Below are positions 38,115 to 51,274 of a stretch of 64,000 nt of DNA, in pieces. Below the pieces are notes generated by a model. The model was not told the origin of the DNA. It did not search any database and saw only the letters and a program-made list of their open reading frames with translations. The position numbers were made by a program, and so were the translations under genes. How positions within the stretch are numbered: position 1 is the stretch's first letter; each line of letters begins with the position of its first letter. Origin of the DNA: Octopus sinensis (lineage: Eukaryota); contig NC_043001.1 in the NCBI RefSeq assembly GCF_006345805.1, positions 42,532,001 through 42,596,000 on the forward strand, read 5' to 3'.

Positions 38115-39274
38115 CAGGGCTGGCCTTAGGAGGTGTGGGGCCCAATTGGGTGAGGTGAGGGGTGGGGGAATTTTCAAGGGTCCACCTCCAATTTCCGTGG
38201 GAAAAAAAATCATTTGCGACATATTAGGAGATGAGATTAGTTGACAGTACAAGGAAAAAACATTGATCACTGAAATTGAGGGGTGTTAAACTATAAATTT
38301 ACCAAAAATTTTCACCATTAGTAAGCAAAACTACATCTAAACTACACTTTTAAAAAATATCCTGGAAAAAATTAGAAAGAAATTCCCCCATCTTTCTCTC
38401 TATTACTGTACACACATACGTGTGTGTATGTATACAATTCACCACACATTAAAAAATACATATACATACAATCATACACATACTAGCATAAACATGCATA
38501 CGCATACATTCACACAAACACCTTAACAAAACAAAACCACTATGAAAAATAATTGAACATTTAACCTTTGTTTAACCATGTCTCTTTGACAGAAATTCCT
38601 GTAGCCAAAATACTGAGCACTGAATTCTTTTACACACACACATTTAGCCTTTTGCTTTTCTCATTTTTGTTTATTTTTGCTTTCTTTAATTCAGACACAC
38701 GCACATAAAATACTCTTTATTGAAATAAAAATGTTTTCTCCAAAATTAAACATATACAAAGTATGTTTATAGCAACTCACACACAAAAACATATGCTCAC
38801 GTATCATCATCATCATCGTTTAGCGTCCGCTTTCCATGCTAGCATGGGTTGGATGGTTCAACTGGGGTCTGGGAAGCCAGAAGGCTGCACCAGGCCCAGT
38901 CTGATCTGGCAATGTTTCTACGGCTGGATGCCCTTCCTAACGCCAACCACTCTGTGAGTGTAGTGGGTGCTTTTATACAATTCACCATACACTTTTATAC
39001 AATTCACCATACACTTAACAACCATATACATACTCTCACACACACACAAATGTTTTACCCAAACATGCCCATACACACATGCATACATACAATTGACTCT
39101 TGCACTAAAAATACAAGCAAGGCTGACTCAAGCAATTTTGGATGAATGGGTTTATCTTTTGGTATCTTGTGTCACTAAAGTGTAGAAAGTATGTTTTATT
39201 TTTCTTTCTTTCTTTCTGTTTTGAAGAGCATTTTTATGAGGCCTGATTGGGAGCAATCAGTCCAATTGGCCCTA
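38115..39274. mobile_element. hAT-type non-autonomous element with 8-bp TSD, carrying a nested RTE 3'-end fragment (38800-38975)
   Basis: GCCACAAC|CAGGGCTGGCCTTAGG ... CCAATTGGCCCTA|GCCACAAC (TSD at 38107-38114 and 39275-39282). Confidence 0.8.
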
Positions 39275-42080
39275 GCCACAACTTTCATGAAACCTTTTTT
39301 TTTAATGTTTGAAACTCCTGGACACATTCTATAATAGTTATACTTACATTGCAAAATATAACAATATACATTCAATGAAATTCAAATATTACAGAAATAT
39401 GACCACTAGGTTGGGCACCAAATAATATATTGAAGAAGATAGACAAACTATACAAGAAGCTAAGATCTCTTAAAAATTATTAAATGTAAGATAGAAATGA
39501 ACATTCTTTTAATGCTAAGTGTAAACAAACAACACTGTCATACGTGCAGTATCATTCATTTGCAATCTCCAATGGAAACATGTCCAGCCTTTTTGATGTT
39601 TGTGTTCAAAGGAATAAAACAACATTTGAAAAAAATGTGGGTTGGCCATAGAAAATCTGTCTCAACAAATTTCAAATGACACATGCAAGCATGGAAAAGC
39701 AGACATTAGAACAATAATGAGGATGATGCACTATCCTATGAATGATCATTTAAATTAGAAATAGAGGAAGAAAAAATTTCAAAATTTTCAATTTCTCTTC
39801 AATGATGCTATTTATATTTGTAGGAGCACAACCCCACCCCACATCCAATGGATGGTGCTGAGTTGTCAAACATTTAAACCAAATTTTCTCAAAACAACTT
39901 GTCTGACCATCCGATTTTGTGGCATTATTTCATGCCAGCCGGCTTTTTTTGCACAAACTGCACGTGCATTTTTGTCACATACGGGTAGGAAATCATATAT
40001 GTTGTTATAAGTTTGTAAAGACCATGAAGTTGGTTAAATGTATATATAGCATCAGTTACTGTAATTGCACATCTAAATGAACTTTGATGAATTTTCAAAT
40101 ATAACTAGTATTTTATAAACTATTAGATAGAGTTTGATCTATACATTTATTATAAAGTTATGCAGTATTCTTCTGTCTGTTTAAAATTTTTTTAAACTTT
40201 TGGTTACAGTTTTATTTGATGAAAAACAGCTTCTCAAGCTGTTGTATTTTATGCTGGTATGCAGCCCAAGTTTCACAATAGTCTGATATACCATGACTAG
40301 TTTTGAACCTCAGAATAAGTGTGTGAAAAGCACATTGTAGTACCAGCAAGAACAAAAACCACAAGAATCCAAACTATCATCAATAAATACCAACTAAAAT
40401 GGTTCGGAAATGCAAAATGGATGCCAGACACAAGAACCAAACAGATCTCATACTCTGAACTTGCAGGCAGTCATCAACTAAAAAAATGTAACTTGATCAA
40501 GAAGATTATGCCATTGTTCAGTATCCTACCTGATATCATCATCATTTAATACTTGCCTTCCATGCTGGCGTTGGTGAGACAGTTTGACAAGAGCTGGCCA
40601 GGTAGAAGACTGCACCAAACTTCTGTAACTATTTTGGCAGGAATTTTACATCTGGATGCCCTTCCTATCACCAACTACTCAGCAGAGTGAACTTTGTGCT
40701 TTTTACATGTCAGTTTTGGCAAGGTTTTTACAGCTGGATGCCCTTCCAAATGCCACCCTCTTTACAGTGTTAACTGGGTGCTTTTAAGAGGCACCTGCAC
40801 TGACAGGTCACCAAGTGCTTGCAAGACAAAAAAAAATCTCTTGAGAGGGGAGGGAGCATTGGAGGAGGTGATCTTCTGTCGGATGATGAAAGGTTATAGT
40901 GAGACATCGAGACAGAAACAGGTGTCTTGCTCTAGAAGAGGTACAAAGTTACCTGGCAGAGAGAGAGAGATCAGGAATGAAGACATCAGGTGTGCTGCTG
41001 CAAAGGAAATACATAGTTACCCAACCTGAAAGAAGTGCAGGAGGAGAGAGAGAGATTGGGAGACAGCAGGATAGAGATGGTGGCAAAGTGCCAGGCATAC
41101 TCACAAGGAATGGGGATCAGAACATAAATGGGATGGTTGAGTGAAGGAAGAGAGAGATATAGATGGTGGCAAGAGCCAGGGCATACTCTTGAAGTTCAAA
41201 CACCATAATATAAGTGATAGGATATTGTGATGGAAGCGTGATTAAGGAGTGCAGAGGGGGGTATGGTAAAAATCTGAGTATATACAGAGTCAAGGGCTAC
41301 GGGATAGCAATGATTCAGAGGACAGGATTGAGGAGTGAGAGCTAGGCATAGTGTATGAAGAAGGAAATGTGAAGAAGAGATGTAGATTGGTTTGTTGGAG
41401 TAGGTGGAAAACTAAGATGTGGAGATGAGCAAATGGAGAAGGATTGATTGCTGCAGACCTTCTTTGATACCAGTAGGATGAAGGAAAAACAATGAGAAAG
41501 AAGAAAAGAACCCAGCAGCAGCTTCTTGGATAGACACAATACTGCATCTTTAGTGTCAGTCCTGCATTAAAGCAATCTATGTGTACAGCCATGAAAAATA
41601 GAAGCAAAATTTTCAATGATAAATGAAGAGAATAACCTAACAATATTCTTGACTTTAATGCAACACTGAGGAAAATTGTACTTTGATTTGTCAATTTTAG
41701 TTTTGTTTTTGGTCCAATAAGCTAGTAGAGTGTACATTGCTGATGACAATTTGCTTGATGTTATTTATTCCTTAGGCCTTGTTTTGTTTTCTAACTAAAT
41801 TTTTGTACCTATCTAAATGCACGTTATTTGTATCAAAATATATACACTTGCTTGCTTAGTGTAAATGTGAATGCATACACCACATACATGTAAGATAAAC
41901 ATACACACAAACAATTTTCAGCAAAGGCCTGGTGTATGGTTAAAATAAAGGTTAAAACTGTATTATTTTATTATTTATAAGCATGTGTTCTATGCAGCAC
42001 TTTTGCTAAAAAAATTTTGTAATTGAATTTGTTTCTGAGATACAGAAATCAAAATCTTAAATAATAAAAATGAAACTTAC

Positions 42081-42484
42081 CTTTACATTTTGGGTTAACA
42101 CATCTTTTAGCAGATTCAAGGTATTGGTGAAGGTTTTGGGGCATATCACCTACATCATATTTAATTTTTTCAACTTTTATTGACCTTCCTGCTAGCTCCA
42201 ATAAGGAAGGAGGATCGCAAACTAGATCTTTCACAAAACGAACAACAAGAGGATTATTTCGTAGACTAAGTTCAATTAAATTGAGAGAAACTATCTCTTG
42301 AGGTAGCATAGAAATTCGATTGTTGTGGAGGCTGAGAGTCCTTAATTTATGCAGCTGACCAAGACTTCGAGGCAGAGTATGTATTTTGTTATCACAGAGT
42401 GCAAGTGTGTTAAGTTTAGTGAGACATCCAACTTCAGCAGGTATCTCAGTTAACTGGTTACCTCCAATATACAGCACTTCAAGG
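42081..42484 (-). CDS. LRRC58: LRRC58 coding exon 2 (LRRs, BC/SOCS-box-like motif, start of Cys-rich tail)
   Basis: TAG| acceptor. Reads LEVLYIGGNQ...LSLRNNPLVVRFVKDLVCDPPSLLELAGRSIK...CVNPKCK, closely matching human LRRC58 LSLRGNPLVVRFVRDLTYDPPTLLELAARTIK...CPNPKC. Phase-1 donor G|GTAAGT. Confidence 0.96.
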
Positions 42485-42611
42485 CTACAACATAAAAAAG
42501 AAACATAATATAATGAAATAATTGATAAATAGCAAAACAAGGAGAAGAAAATAAAATGCAAATTAAACTGAATTTCAATTAAGTTGAAATTGATAAATCC
42601 CTGGACATAAG

Positions 42612-42968
42612 TGCAGGAGTGGCTGTAGTTAAAAAACTTGCTCCCCAACCACATGGTCTTTGGTTCAGTTTCACAGTGCAGCAGCTGGGGAAAGTGTCTT
42701 CTATTATAACCCCAGGTTGACAAGCCTTGTGAGTGGATCTGGTTGACAGAAGCTGAAACGAGCTTGTATAAATAGATGTGCGTGCACCCATGCAATGACA
42801 TCATGTGATGTTGTAAACCAGTCTTCCATGAAACACATGTCTGGCTATAGGGAAATATTTCCTTGCCAGGAAGCAGGTGATGATAGGAAGGCATCTGGCT
42901 GTACAAAATCTGCCTCTGTAAATTCCATCTGCCCATGCAAGCATGGAAAAGTGAATGTTACAATGATG
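42612..42968 (+). mobile_element. SINE with RTE-type (GAT)n tail
   Basis: Head gtgcaggagtggctgtag..., tail ...gcatggaaaagtgaatgttacaatgatgat. Confidence 0.7.
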
Positions 42969-44238
42969 ATAGTAGTTATAAGTTTTAGTTTTGGTTTCAA
43001 TAAAAAAAATAGCTAATAGAAATGAAAAATATTCAGCTCCATTCAACTTCATCATTAAACCGCACTCAAGTATCCTTAATATGAACCAATGTTAACATCA
43101 TCCTGTTACACTAAACATCACACATCATTCAGTTAAATATCACTCAGTTACAAATGTCAACCACTTTGACATTATCCAATTAATGTTAAGCATCAACTGC
43201 ATTAATCACAAGCAGAAATCCTAAACGCATATCACATTAAATCAACCTACTTTGAATGTATTCTCAGGAATACCTTTATGGTAATTTTATTGACAAACTG
43301 CAATTTACTATTAAAAACACAAGACAGATTTTATTCCATTATTGGACAATAAGATTTTGCTGACAATCAGTTTTTGCCATCTTTAAAAGTAAGGTTGTGC
43401 CTTAGCTGAAAATAGTTGAATTCTAAATATTTCAAGTAACTGACTTCAATTTATAACCTTCAAAAAAATCATTCTTTGTTTAGTAGTTAATAAAGAGCAT
43501 GCTTACAATGAAACATTAAACCAAGCCATGTCACCCAATAAATTATTACTGAAAAAACAGTTTCACAAGAATTTAATTTCTATTGTTGTTGTCATAAAAG
43601 TCTAAACAAAAGTCATCTGGTTAAAATGCTGAACAAAACAGGTTGTGAAGCATCAGTTAATTGCAGTAATATTTGGCAATCTGAATTTATGTAAAGTCAT
43701 TGTTTTCTAGCAGCGCTCAAAAAGTGGTGCTCACTGCCATGTTTCCTACCATGCCCACTACTATGTTTCCATTCAAAGAGTGCAAAATGAAGTTTCAGTT
43801 TTGAAACTGTCATAAAAAGCACAAGCACTCAACTCCAAGGAAACACATGATTAGAGAAAAGATGCTTTTGCAAATTGACTTATACACTCAAAAATAAATA
43901 AACCACCTAGTTACAAAAGAAGATTTATAGATTGATAGAATTGTTAGAGTATCAGACAAAATGCTTTGCTGTATATAGTTTTTTTTATTTTCCAAGTTCA
44001 AATCCCACCTTTCATTATCTTGGGGTTGATAAAGTAAGGCATCAATGAAGTATTGGTGTTGATTTAAACTTTGCACCAAATTTGTAGCCATGCGCTGATG
44101 TTAAAAATTATTATTTCAATAGGGTCAATAATATAAAGTACTAGGGATTGAGGTTATTGACTAAGACCCATCCCCTCAAAACTGCTGGCCTGGTGCTATA
44201 AGTCGAAACCACTACTACTACTATTATTATTATTATTG

Positions 44239-44633
44239 AGTGAGAGAGCAGTGCATGCCATCAAAGTGACACTGGGGTAAAATATACGAAGCCCAATATA
44301 CCCATCATGACTACCCGTCTGATAAGGGTACACCAGGCACATGCATCACAACCATATGTGCGCGACATGGTGATCTCATATCAAGATAAACAGCCCATGA
44401 CCTTGCAGGTGGGGCACAGTTAGAATTTTCTTCAGGTTGAGTAGCCCATCCCACTCAAAAGGTCCCTGAATAAGGGTTGTTTAAGGATGTTGAAAGAACC
44501 ACCCATGTTTCCAGAGGTGAACTATTCAAACCCCAAAGAATTCCTCTCAACACATGGCTATGATGCTCCCCCACTACTTCTGCTCGTGATCAGAGATGCA
44601 CATATTGTCAGCCACTAAGGGACATGCTCAACT
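44239..44633 (-). mobile_element. Short retroposed element with (AAT)n tail, inserted in an older SINE
   Basis: GC-richer ~400-bp block flanked by (TTA)n tracts, splitting SINE remnants at 44060-44220 and 44650-44820. Confidence 0.55.
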
Positions 44634-45011
44634 ATTATTATTATTATTATCATTATTATTATTAAGGTGGTGAGCTGGCATAATTGTTCAGCCCTCCAAA
44701 AAAAGTTTCTCGGTACTTCTTTGGCAGGATTTGAATTCAGTGTTTAGGGTTGGAACAAATAACATAACCATAAAGCATCTTTTCTGACACTCAGACAATT
44801 CTGCCATCTTACTACCTTCACCACTTTAATAATAGTTTATTATCATAATAAATTATAACATAATATTGGTTTCAAATTTTGGTACAAGGCCAAAATTATA
44901 ATATTCCAATATATTTCAACAATGCAGAAATTTTATTCATCAAAGTAGTATTACAATCAACACATTTTTGTGAATGAGTTACATGTTTGTTTATTCTAGT
45001 AACATAAATGC

Positions 45012-45417
45012 CTGGCGTTCCTCTGTCCTTATGTTTTCAAAGGGGAGATAAGAACCTTCACCCAGCAAAGCTAGCATCATGCTGCTACTGTATAAATCTC
45101 TCTCAGAGATTTAGAAATGTATTATTTCTATTTTCAAAATCAGTGAATATATTTCACTTGAAATATATGTTTTCAAAGGCGAATAGGCATCGACAGCTAG
45201 CAAGCCATGCTACTCCAGACTGATGATGAGCAATGACTCTGAAACTAGTCTATGGGTGCTGGCTTTGCCAGGTGGAGGTGCTTATCTCTCCTTTGAAAAC
45301 ATAAGGATACAGGAAATGTGTCAAGACCAACAGGAAATGGTGTTTCCTAGGGCTAAATAAAAGTAGCATTCTTCTCTTTCATGGGACTGTCACATTAAGT
45401 TGACAACATACCATCAC
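45012..45417 (+). mobile_element. Inverted-repeat (fold-back) element, copy 1, containing a hammerhead-like motif
   Basis: 45023-45078 is inverted relative to 45257-45312; homologous to 48113-48468. Confidence 0.8.
45214..45256 (+). ncRNA. Minimal type I hammerhead ribozyme motif (slightly degenerate)
   Basis: TCCAGA-CTGATGA-TGAGCAATGACTCT-GAAA-CTAG-TC-TATGGG has both core boxes, a GAG/CTC stem II, a palindromic ACTAGT stem III and a GTC cleavage triplet. Confidence 0.65.
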
Positions 45418-45732
45418 GTTATTATTATTTTATTTTCATTAAAAAACAATATGCATATATTGTGGGGCATGCACATCACTATTACTTCTAAGCTGTGCAT
45501 GTGTGTTTATGTGTGCATACACATTTTTCAACTGGTGCACAGGTTTGTGTAGTAATTAATGATTATACTTATCCATTCAGTGAGCACATAGTTTTGTCAC
45601 AGCGTAAGATTTTTGAGAACAATGATTACTAAAAGTTAGTGGGAATATTCTTACACATATGAATGAAATCTAAATACAAAGGCTGTGTGTGTGTGTATAT
45701 ATACGCACAAATACATAACTGCATCTCATATA

Positions 45733-46135
45733 AGTGCAGCATAGTTGTGTGGTAAGAAGCTTGCGTCCCACCCACATTGTTTCAGTTTGAGCAAGTGTCC
45801 TCTACTACAACCCCAGGCCAACCAAAGCCTTGTGAGAGGATTCAGTAGACAGAAATTTAAAGGAGTGCATCATGTGTGTAGCTATATATATGTATATATA
45901 TATATGTGTATGTATATATATATAGATATATATACATACACACACACACATATATACACACAGACACACACATATATACATACACCACTTGACAACCAGT
46001 GTTGGTTTGCTTACATCCCTGTAACTTACTGATTCAACAAAAAAAAATACTGGAGTCGATTTGTTTGACTAAACCCTTCAAGGTAGTGCTACTGTATGGC
46101 AGCAGTCCAATGACAGAAACAAGTAAAAGGTACAA
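45733..46135 (+). mobile_element. tRNA-derived SINE with internal (TA/CA)n expansion
   Basis: Same family as 600-945; reverse copy at 55990-56281. Confidence 0.75.
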
Positions 46136-47284
46136 GATACAACATATATACACCATCATTTTAATGTCCTCTCTTCCATGTTTTCACAGGCCAGGCGAAA
46201 TTTGTTAAGGCAAATTTTCTACAACCAGCCTTTATCTGTTTCCAAGAAAGATAATGTTTTTCTAGTCTTTCCAATAGGGACAGCACAATGGCCAGACATG
46301 TTTTCATAGATGATAGCAAATAACATTGCTTTATAATTAAAGTGTGATGACAATACAAAGAGACACAAACACAGATATGGAGTGGACGTCTTTCAGTGTC
46401 TATCCACCATTTCCACTTGCAAAGCTTTGGTTAGCTCAAGGTTATAATAGAAAGCACTTCTACTATAACATTGATGTAGAAGAATGGGGGTGAACTAAAA
46501 AAACCATATGGCTGCAAAACAAATTTCTTACCTACAAAGCCATACCTTTATATCCATATACACACACACACACATATATAATCTTTTTTTATATAGTACG
46601 CATGTGATACAGAAGCATTAAACGCAAACCATATGAGCATTCATTTACCAGATATTCTCCAATACAGCTGTTCTTGATAAATTTCAGATGATATTCTTAT
46701 ATATGTAGCACAAGGAGCATAACTCACTATAAATTATCAGTATAATGTCCCTTGGTATAATATTTGTGTGAGCAGCAGTAAAGGTTACTCAAGTTATGAT
46801 GAGTCATTCAATTATGTAAGAAATTTAAGTAACAGTGTCCTTTGTAATTGATGTATGAATCAAGTAACAGCTTATCTAAGTAGTTAGTGTACAGTGTCAA
46901 CAGTTATAATTTATAACAAATTAAGTATGTAATAGATATGCATAAATATGGAATCAGTGCATAAATTTAGAAGACACCAGTTCAGTGGCAAGGACGATAG
47001 AATTCCATTGTGTATACTGAAGGTGTGGAGTAGTTACTAGGCCATAGACTAGTCTATTGTGGGCAATATTTTCCACTAAAGGCAGTGGGCTGGCAGAAGT
47101 GTTAACACACCAGCAAACTGCTTAGTGCATATATGAATATTTTTGTAGATCCTATAATATTTAGTACATATCCTTATTTTATGTTCTTTCAAATTTGTAT
47201 ACAAACAAAAATTATAAAATAATAAAACTATTGGCTTACTCTAAACTAAATAAAATTCTGATATTTTATTTATATATTATTAAC

Positions 47285-47643
47285 CTATGATGAAAAAAAA
47301 AATAAGGATATATTTTATTCAGACACTAAATTCATTAATAAAAAAAAACTTTTAATCAACAATTCATTCATTCAAAAGTTTCTACTAAATATTCCGACAT
47401 TAAACAAATGTATAAAGTTATGATTATTATAAACTAAACTATTTCATCATCATCATCAACGATGATGATGATGATGATGATGAAATAGTATAATTTATAA
47501 TAATTGTAACTTTATACATTTGTTTAATGTCAGCATATTTAGTAGAAATTTTTGAATGAATGAATTGTTGATTAAAGTTTTTTTTTTATTAATGAATTTA
47601 GTGTCTGAATAAAATATATCCTTATTTATTTTTTTCATCATAG
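47285..47643. repeat. ~360-bp AT-rich quasi-perfect palindrome centred on (CAT)4-AAC-(GAT)7
   Basis: The ~175-bp arms are reverse complements with about 10 differences. Confidence 0.92.
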
Positions 47644-48112
47644 TATATAGAAATTTTAAATAAAATATATTTCCTACTCCACTATAAATTCTTAACATAT
47701 TATATAGAGCTTATTATATAATGAACTGGGCAGAGATTATTTTAGATTAAAATTATTGGAGATGTATAAGAACATTTTATGACCATTGTAATTGTTTTGT
47801 TTACTTAATTTATTTTATCTATTTGACTTTTTTTAAAATTATGTTTATAGTAACTGTGTATTTTTATATAACTTGAACTTAGTGTTGTCACAATAGAATT
47901 AAAAGTGAAACAATATTCACTTTTGACACATAATACCAAACCAGTCTAAAAAATTGCTCAGGGTCTGCATTAGGCAAGAAGTTGAAAATTTTTTGGCCCA
48001 TGACCTTCCATGGACCCTAAGTAATGCATGTGTAAAATTTGAATGAAATCGATTGGGTAGTCCTCAAGTTTTAGGGATTCACATATACAGACACATTCTC
48101 AATTTTATATAT

Positions 48113-48468
48113 ATAAAGTGATGGTATGTTGCCAGCTTAATGTGGCAGTCCCATGAAAGGGAAGAATGCTACTTTTATTTAGCCCTAGGAAACACTGTTC
48201 CCAGTTGGTCATGACACATTTTCTGTGTCCTTATGTTTTCAAAAGGGAGATAAGCACCTCCACTCAGCAAAGCCAGCATCCAGAGACATCATCAGTCTGA
48301 AGTAGCATGGCTTGCAAGCTGTCAATGCTTTTTCGCCTTTGAAAACATAAGGACGCAGAGAATGTGTCGTGGCCAACTGGGAACGGTGTTTTCTAAAGCT
48401 AAATAGCAGTAGCATTCTTCCCTTTCATAGGACTGCCACATTAAGCTGGCAACTTTCCATCACTTTAT
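48113..48468. mobile_element. Inverted-repeat (fold-back) element, copy 2 (~130-bp TIRs), hammerhead core deleted
   Basis: ATAAAGTGATGGTATGTTGCCAGCTTAATGTGGCAGTCC ... GGACTGCCACATTAAGCTGGCAACTTTCCATCACTTTAT; the spacer is the reverse complement of the copy-1 centre. Confidence 0.85.
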
Positions 48469-48516
48469 CATGCTGCTACTGTATAAATCTCTCTGAGAAA
48501 TTTAGAAATGTTATAT

Positions 48517-48554
<38 letters not shown>

Positions 48555-49639
48555 CTAGCAGAGATAGGATTAGAATGGCATGGTTTTTTATTTACATTTT
48601 TCTGTCATGTGACTACAGATATGCTGGAGCACCGCCTTTAGTGAAATCGACCCAGGATTTATTCTTCGTAAGCCCAATACTTATCGGTTGTCAAGCAATG
48701 GTGGGGGTACAAACACACACACACATATATGCACATACATACATACATACATATATATTGAGAAATAAGGTCGCCAGAATTTTGGAAAAAAATCTTATTT
48801 CTTCATTATTATTAGCACTTTGGTTTCTTTCTGGAACTTGTCAAATAGAATTTTGTGAATGTACAAACAGCTTGTTCATTTATATAAAATATGATTTTGG
48901 GGGGTTTTGTTTAGAAGAGGAGAACATTGTTTTGTTTTTTCTTTGGGTGAGGTTCCATGAAAATGAAGATAGATAGAAAGATAGGTGGGTAGGAAGTTTG
49001 ATAGATAGGTAGAGAGGAGGGCAAGGGGGATCCCCTTCCTAGTCACCATTCATTTATTCATGTATCCATTGTATTGGAATGGATTTAAGGATGGTGACCT
49101 CTTAAAAAAAAAAAACCAAACTACATTCCATCAAAAATTCTCCCCAAAATTGAATGTTTGAAAGAAAAGCAGAGACAGTGCATTCTGTATCCTAAATATA
49201 ACTCAAAGAGGAGAAAAAGAAGGAAAAGGAGAAAAATAGGAAAAGGAAAAAGAGAGAAAGAATGCAAAAAGAGTGAAAAGATTTTTGTTGAGAGAGAGTA
49301 CAAGAGGTGCTGTTTGATACCACCTCCTCTCTCATTGTTATTATTATTTTGTCTCTTCTCTATTTTTACTCTTACTGACATTACTACCTCCTTATTGCAG
49401 GATTTTGGACAAACTTACAAACAAGTTTATTATCATAATAGATATAAACTAGCAGAAATACCAGGCATTACCAGGGTTAAAGAGAATAATAAAATCTAAA
49501 ATCACCATCTAAATTACACAGGTCTCCAACCCATGCCAGCATGGAACATACACATTAAGTGAAATGTTGAAAGTAAGTTTTCAACTCACATATGTATATA
49601 AAGTAAATACACGTAATTCAAAAACGTTTGGTGTAGCTT

Positions 49640-50995
49640 ATTTCGTAACCAAAAAAAAAGCAGGTATAGACTATAAACAATGAAAGACTAATTTTGGTGA
49701 TTCATTTGACAGAGGCAGTAGAGAGCCAATCCGATGATAAATCTGACCTTCGATCTTGAAAGTTTGCATGAATCCTGGCTCAGTTAAATCTCTTGTGGCT
49801 CCAAATGATGTCAGCTGTAGTGCAGTGTTGTATTGTCTAATTTTGTTTTGGAAGTGCTTGGAATCTTAGTCAGTAGATGACAACAGTTTCTTCAATGGCT
49901 CTGAAGGTTGGGGGATTGCAGGGAGTTTAACCTTTCCACCACTGCAGCACAGTGCAGGTGTCTCTCCAGCCCAATTCCTTGCTTTACAATGTAGGCACTC
50001 AGTTGTCATTGCACCAATGGAAACTCTAGTGTCATCTGCATAACGAACTGCGGAATCTTAATTGAAAGCTGCTTCATAGAAGTTGCTTCACTGAGCTGTT
50101 GCAACTGCACTTCGTTCTGCAGTAGAGATCCTATTCCTTGTCAGCTGTGCATACCTCTGTTCATCACTATGAGATACTCTGGCTTTTGTAGTACACAGTC
50201 TGTTCCTTTCTTGATATGCTTCCCTTTCTGCAGCTCTCTCTCTTTCCCTGGACAGAGATATTCTTTTGGCTGACCTTGACATTGTAGACAAATTTGTCAC
50301 TTTCCTTCTAACATGGGTGCAGAAGATAGTAAACAATGACAATAACTGGGTAACAGAAATTATATTTCTTAATATGACAGGCAGAAAGTAAATAAGAAAT
50401 TTTTACAGAAAATAAAGAATTACATGGGTTGAAGTGAAATTTGTCAGTGAACCAAAGAACCAGTATCAAAGGAACCAGAAAAAATCTGTTAACAACAGAA
50501 AAACTGTTACAAAAATAAATAAGAAATTTTTTAGGGAAATTAACTTAGTGTATGGATTAAAGTGAAATTCTTGAAGTTACTTCTGTCAGTAAATTGTGTA
50601 TGGAATTACTTTCGTCAGTAATTGTGAATTTCTTTCTGTCAGTAATTTGTCGTTTGTAAATAAAGATTGACAACTTACAGTGAAAACAATAGAGTGAGAT
50701 ATAGAGGGGGCAAGAGAAAGAGCTAGCTAGTTAGACAATTAAGATAGATATAGATAGATACAGAGAAATAGAGAGATACAGATATCACTGACACTAGAAA
50801 ACCTGAAGTAAATATTTTAAAAAACTTTCTAATATAAAAAGCAATATTTTGTATTTTTAATAAGAAAATCAAATGAAGAGCCTAACATGTATCCAATGTC
50901 AAATTATTCATGCATCACAAGTATGGAAGCAATTGGTGAAGCTGTTTTCACATGATAAGCAAATACACACACACATCTCTATTTTATATATCAGA
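49640..50995 (-). mobile_element. Helitron 5' portion with Rep N-terminal zinc-finger region
   Basis: A|TCTGATATATAAAA 5' end at 50995. Reads ECLHCKARNWAGETPALCCSGGKVKLP...HFQNKIRQYN...TSFG...TFKIEGQIYHRIGSLLP, with in-frame stops. Confidence 0.88.
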
Positions 50996-51274
50996 TGAGA
51001 TTGTGATAATTTTTGACCAATGAATGTAAGGGAGATAATCAATTTCTGAAAGTTACTTTGCAAAGACTTACCTCCCTGCTCCATGTAACCTAGGAATGGG
51101 TATTTTCTGCCCCCAGGGGGCCTATTACTCATTATGTGAAAAATTTTAAGAGTCTAAAACCATCCCTGGAACACAAGTAATGTATGTTCCCAGTTTGGAG
51201 AAAATCAGTTGAAAAATATGGCTGTTATAATCTTTTACACAGACTCACACACATAATGGGAATTATATTCTAGA

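Noticed and set aside
42487-42936. N-terminal ~150 aa of the 295-aa ORF 42049-42936
   Set aside because: This is intronic and SINE read-through; LRR homology starts only after the TAG acceptor at 42485.
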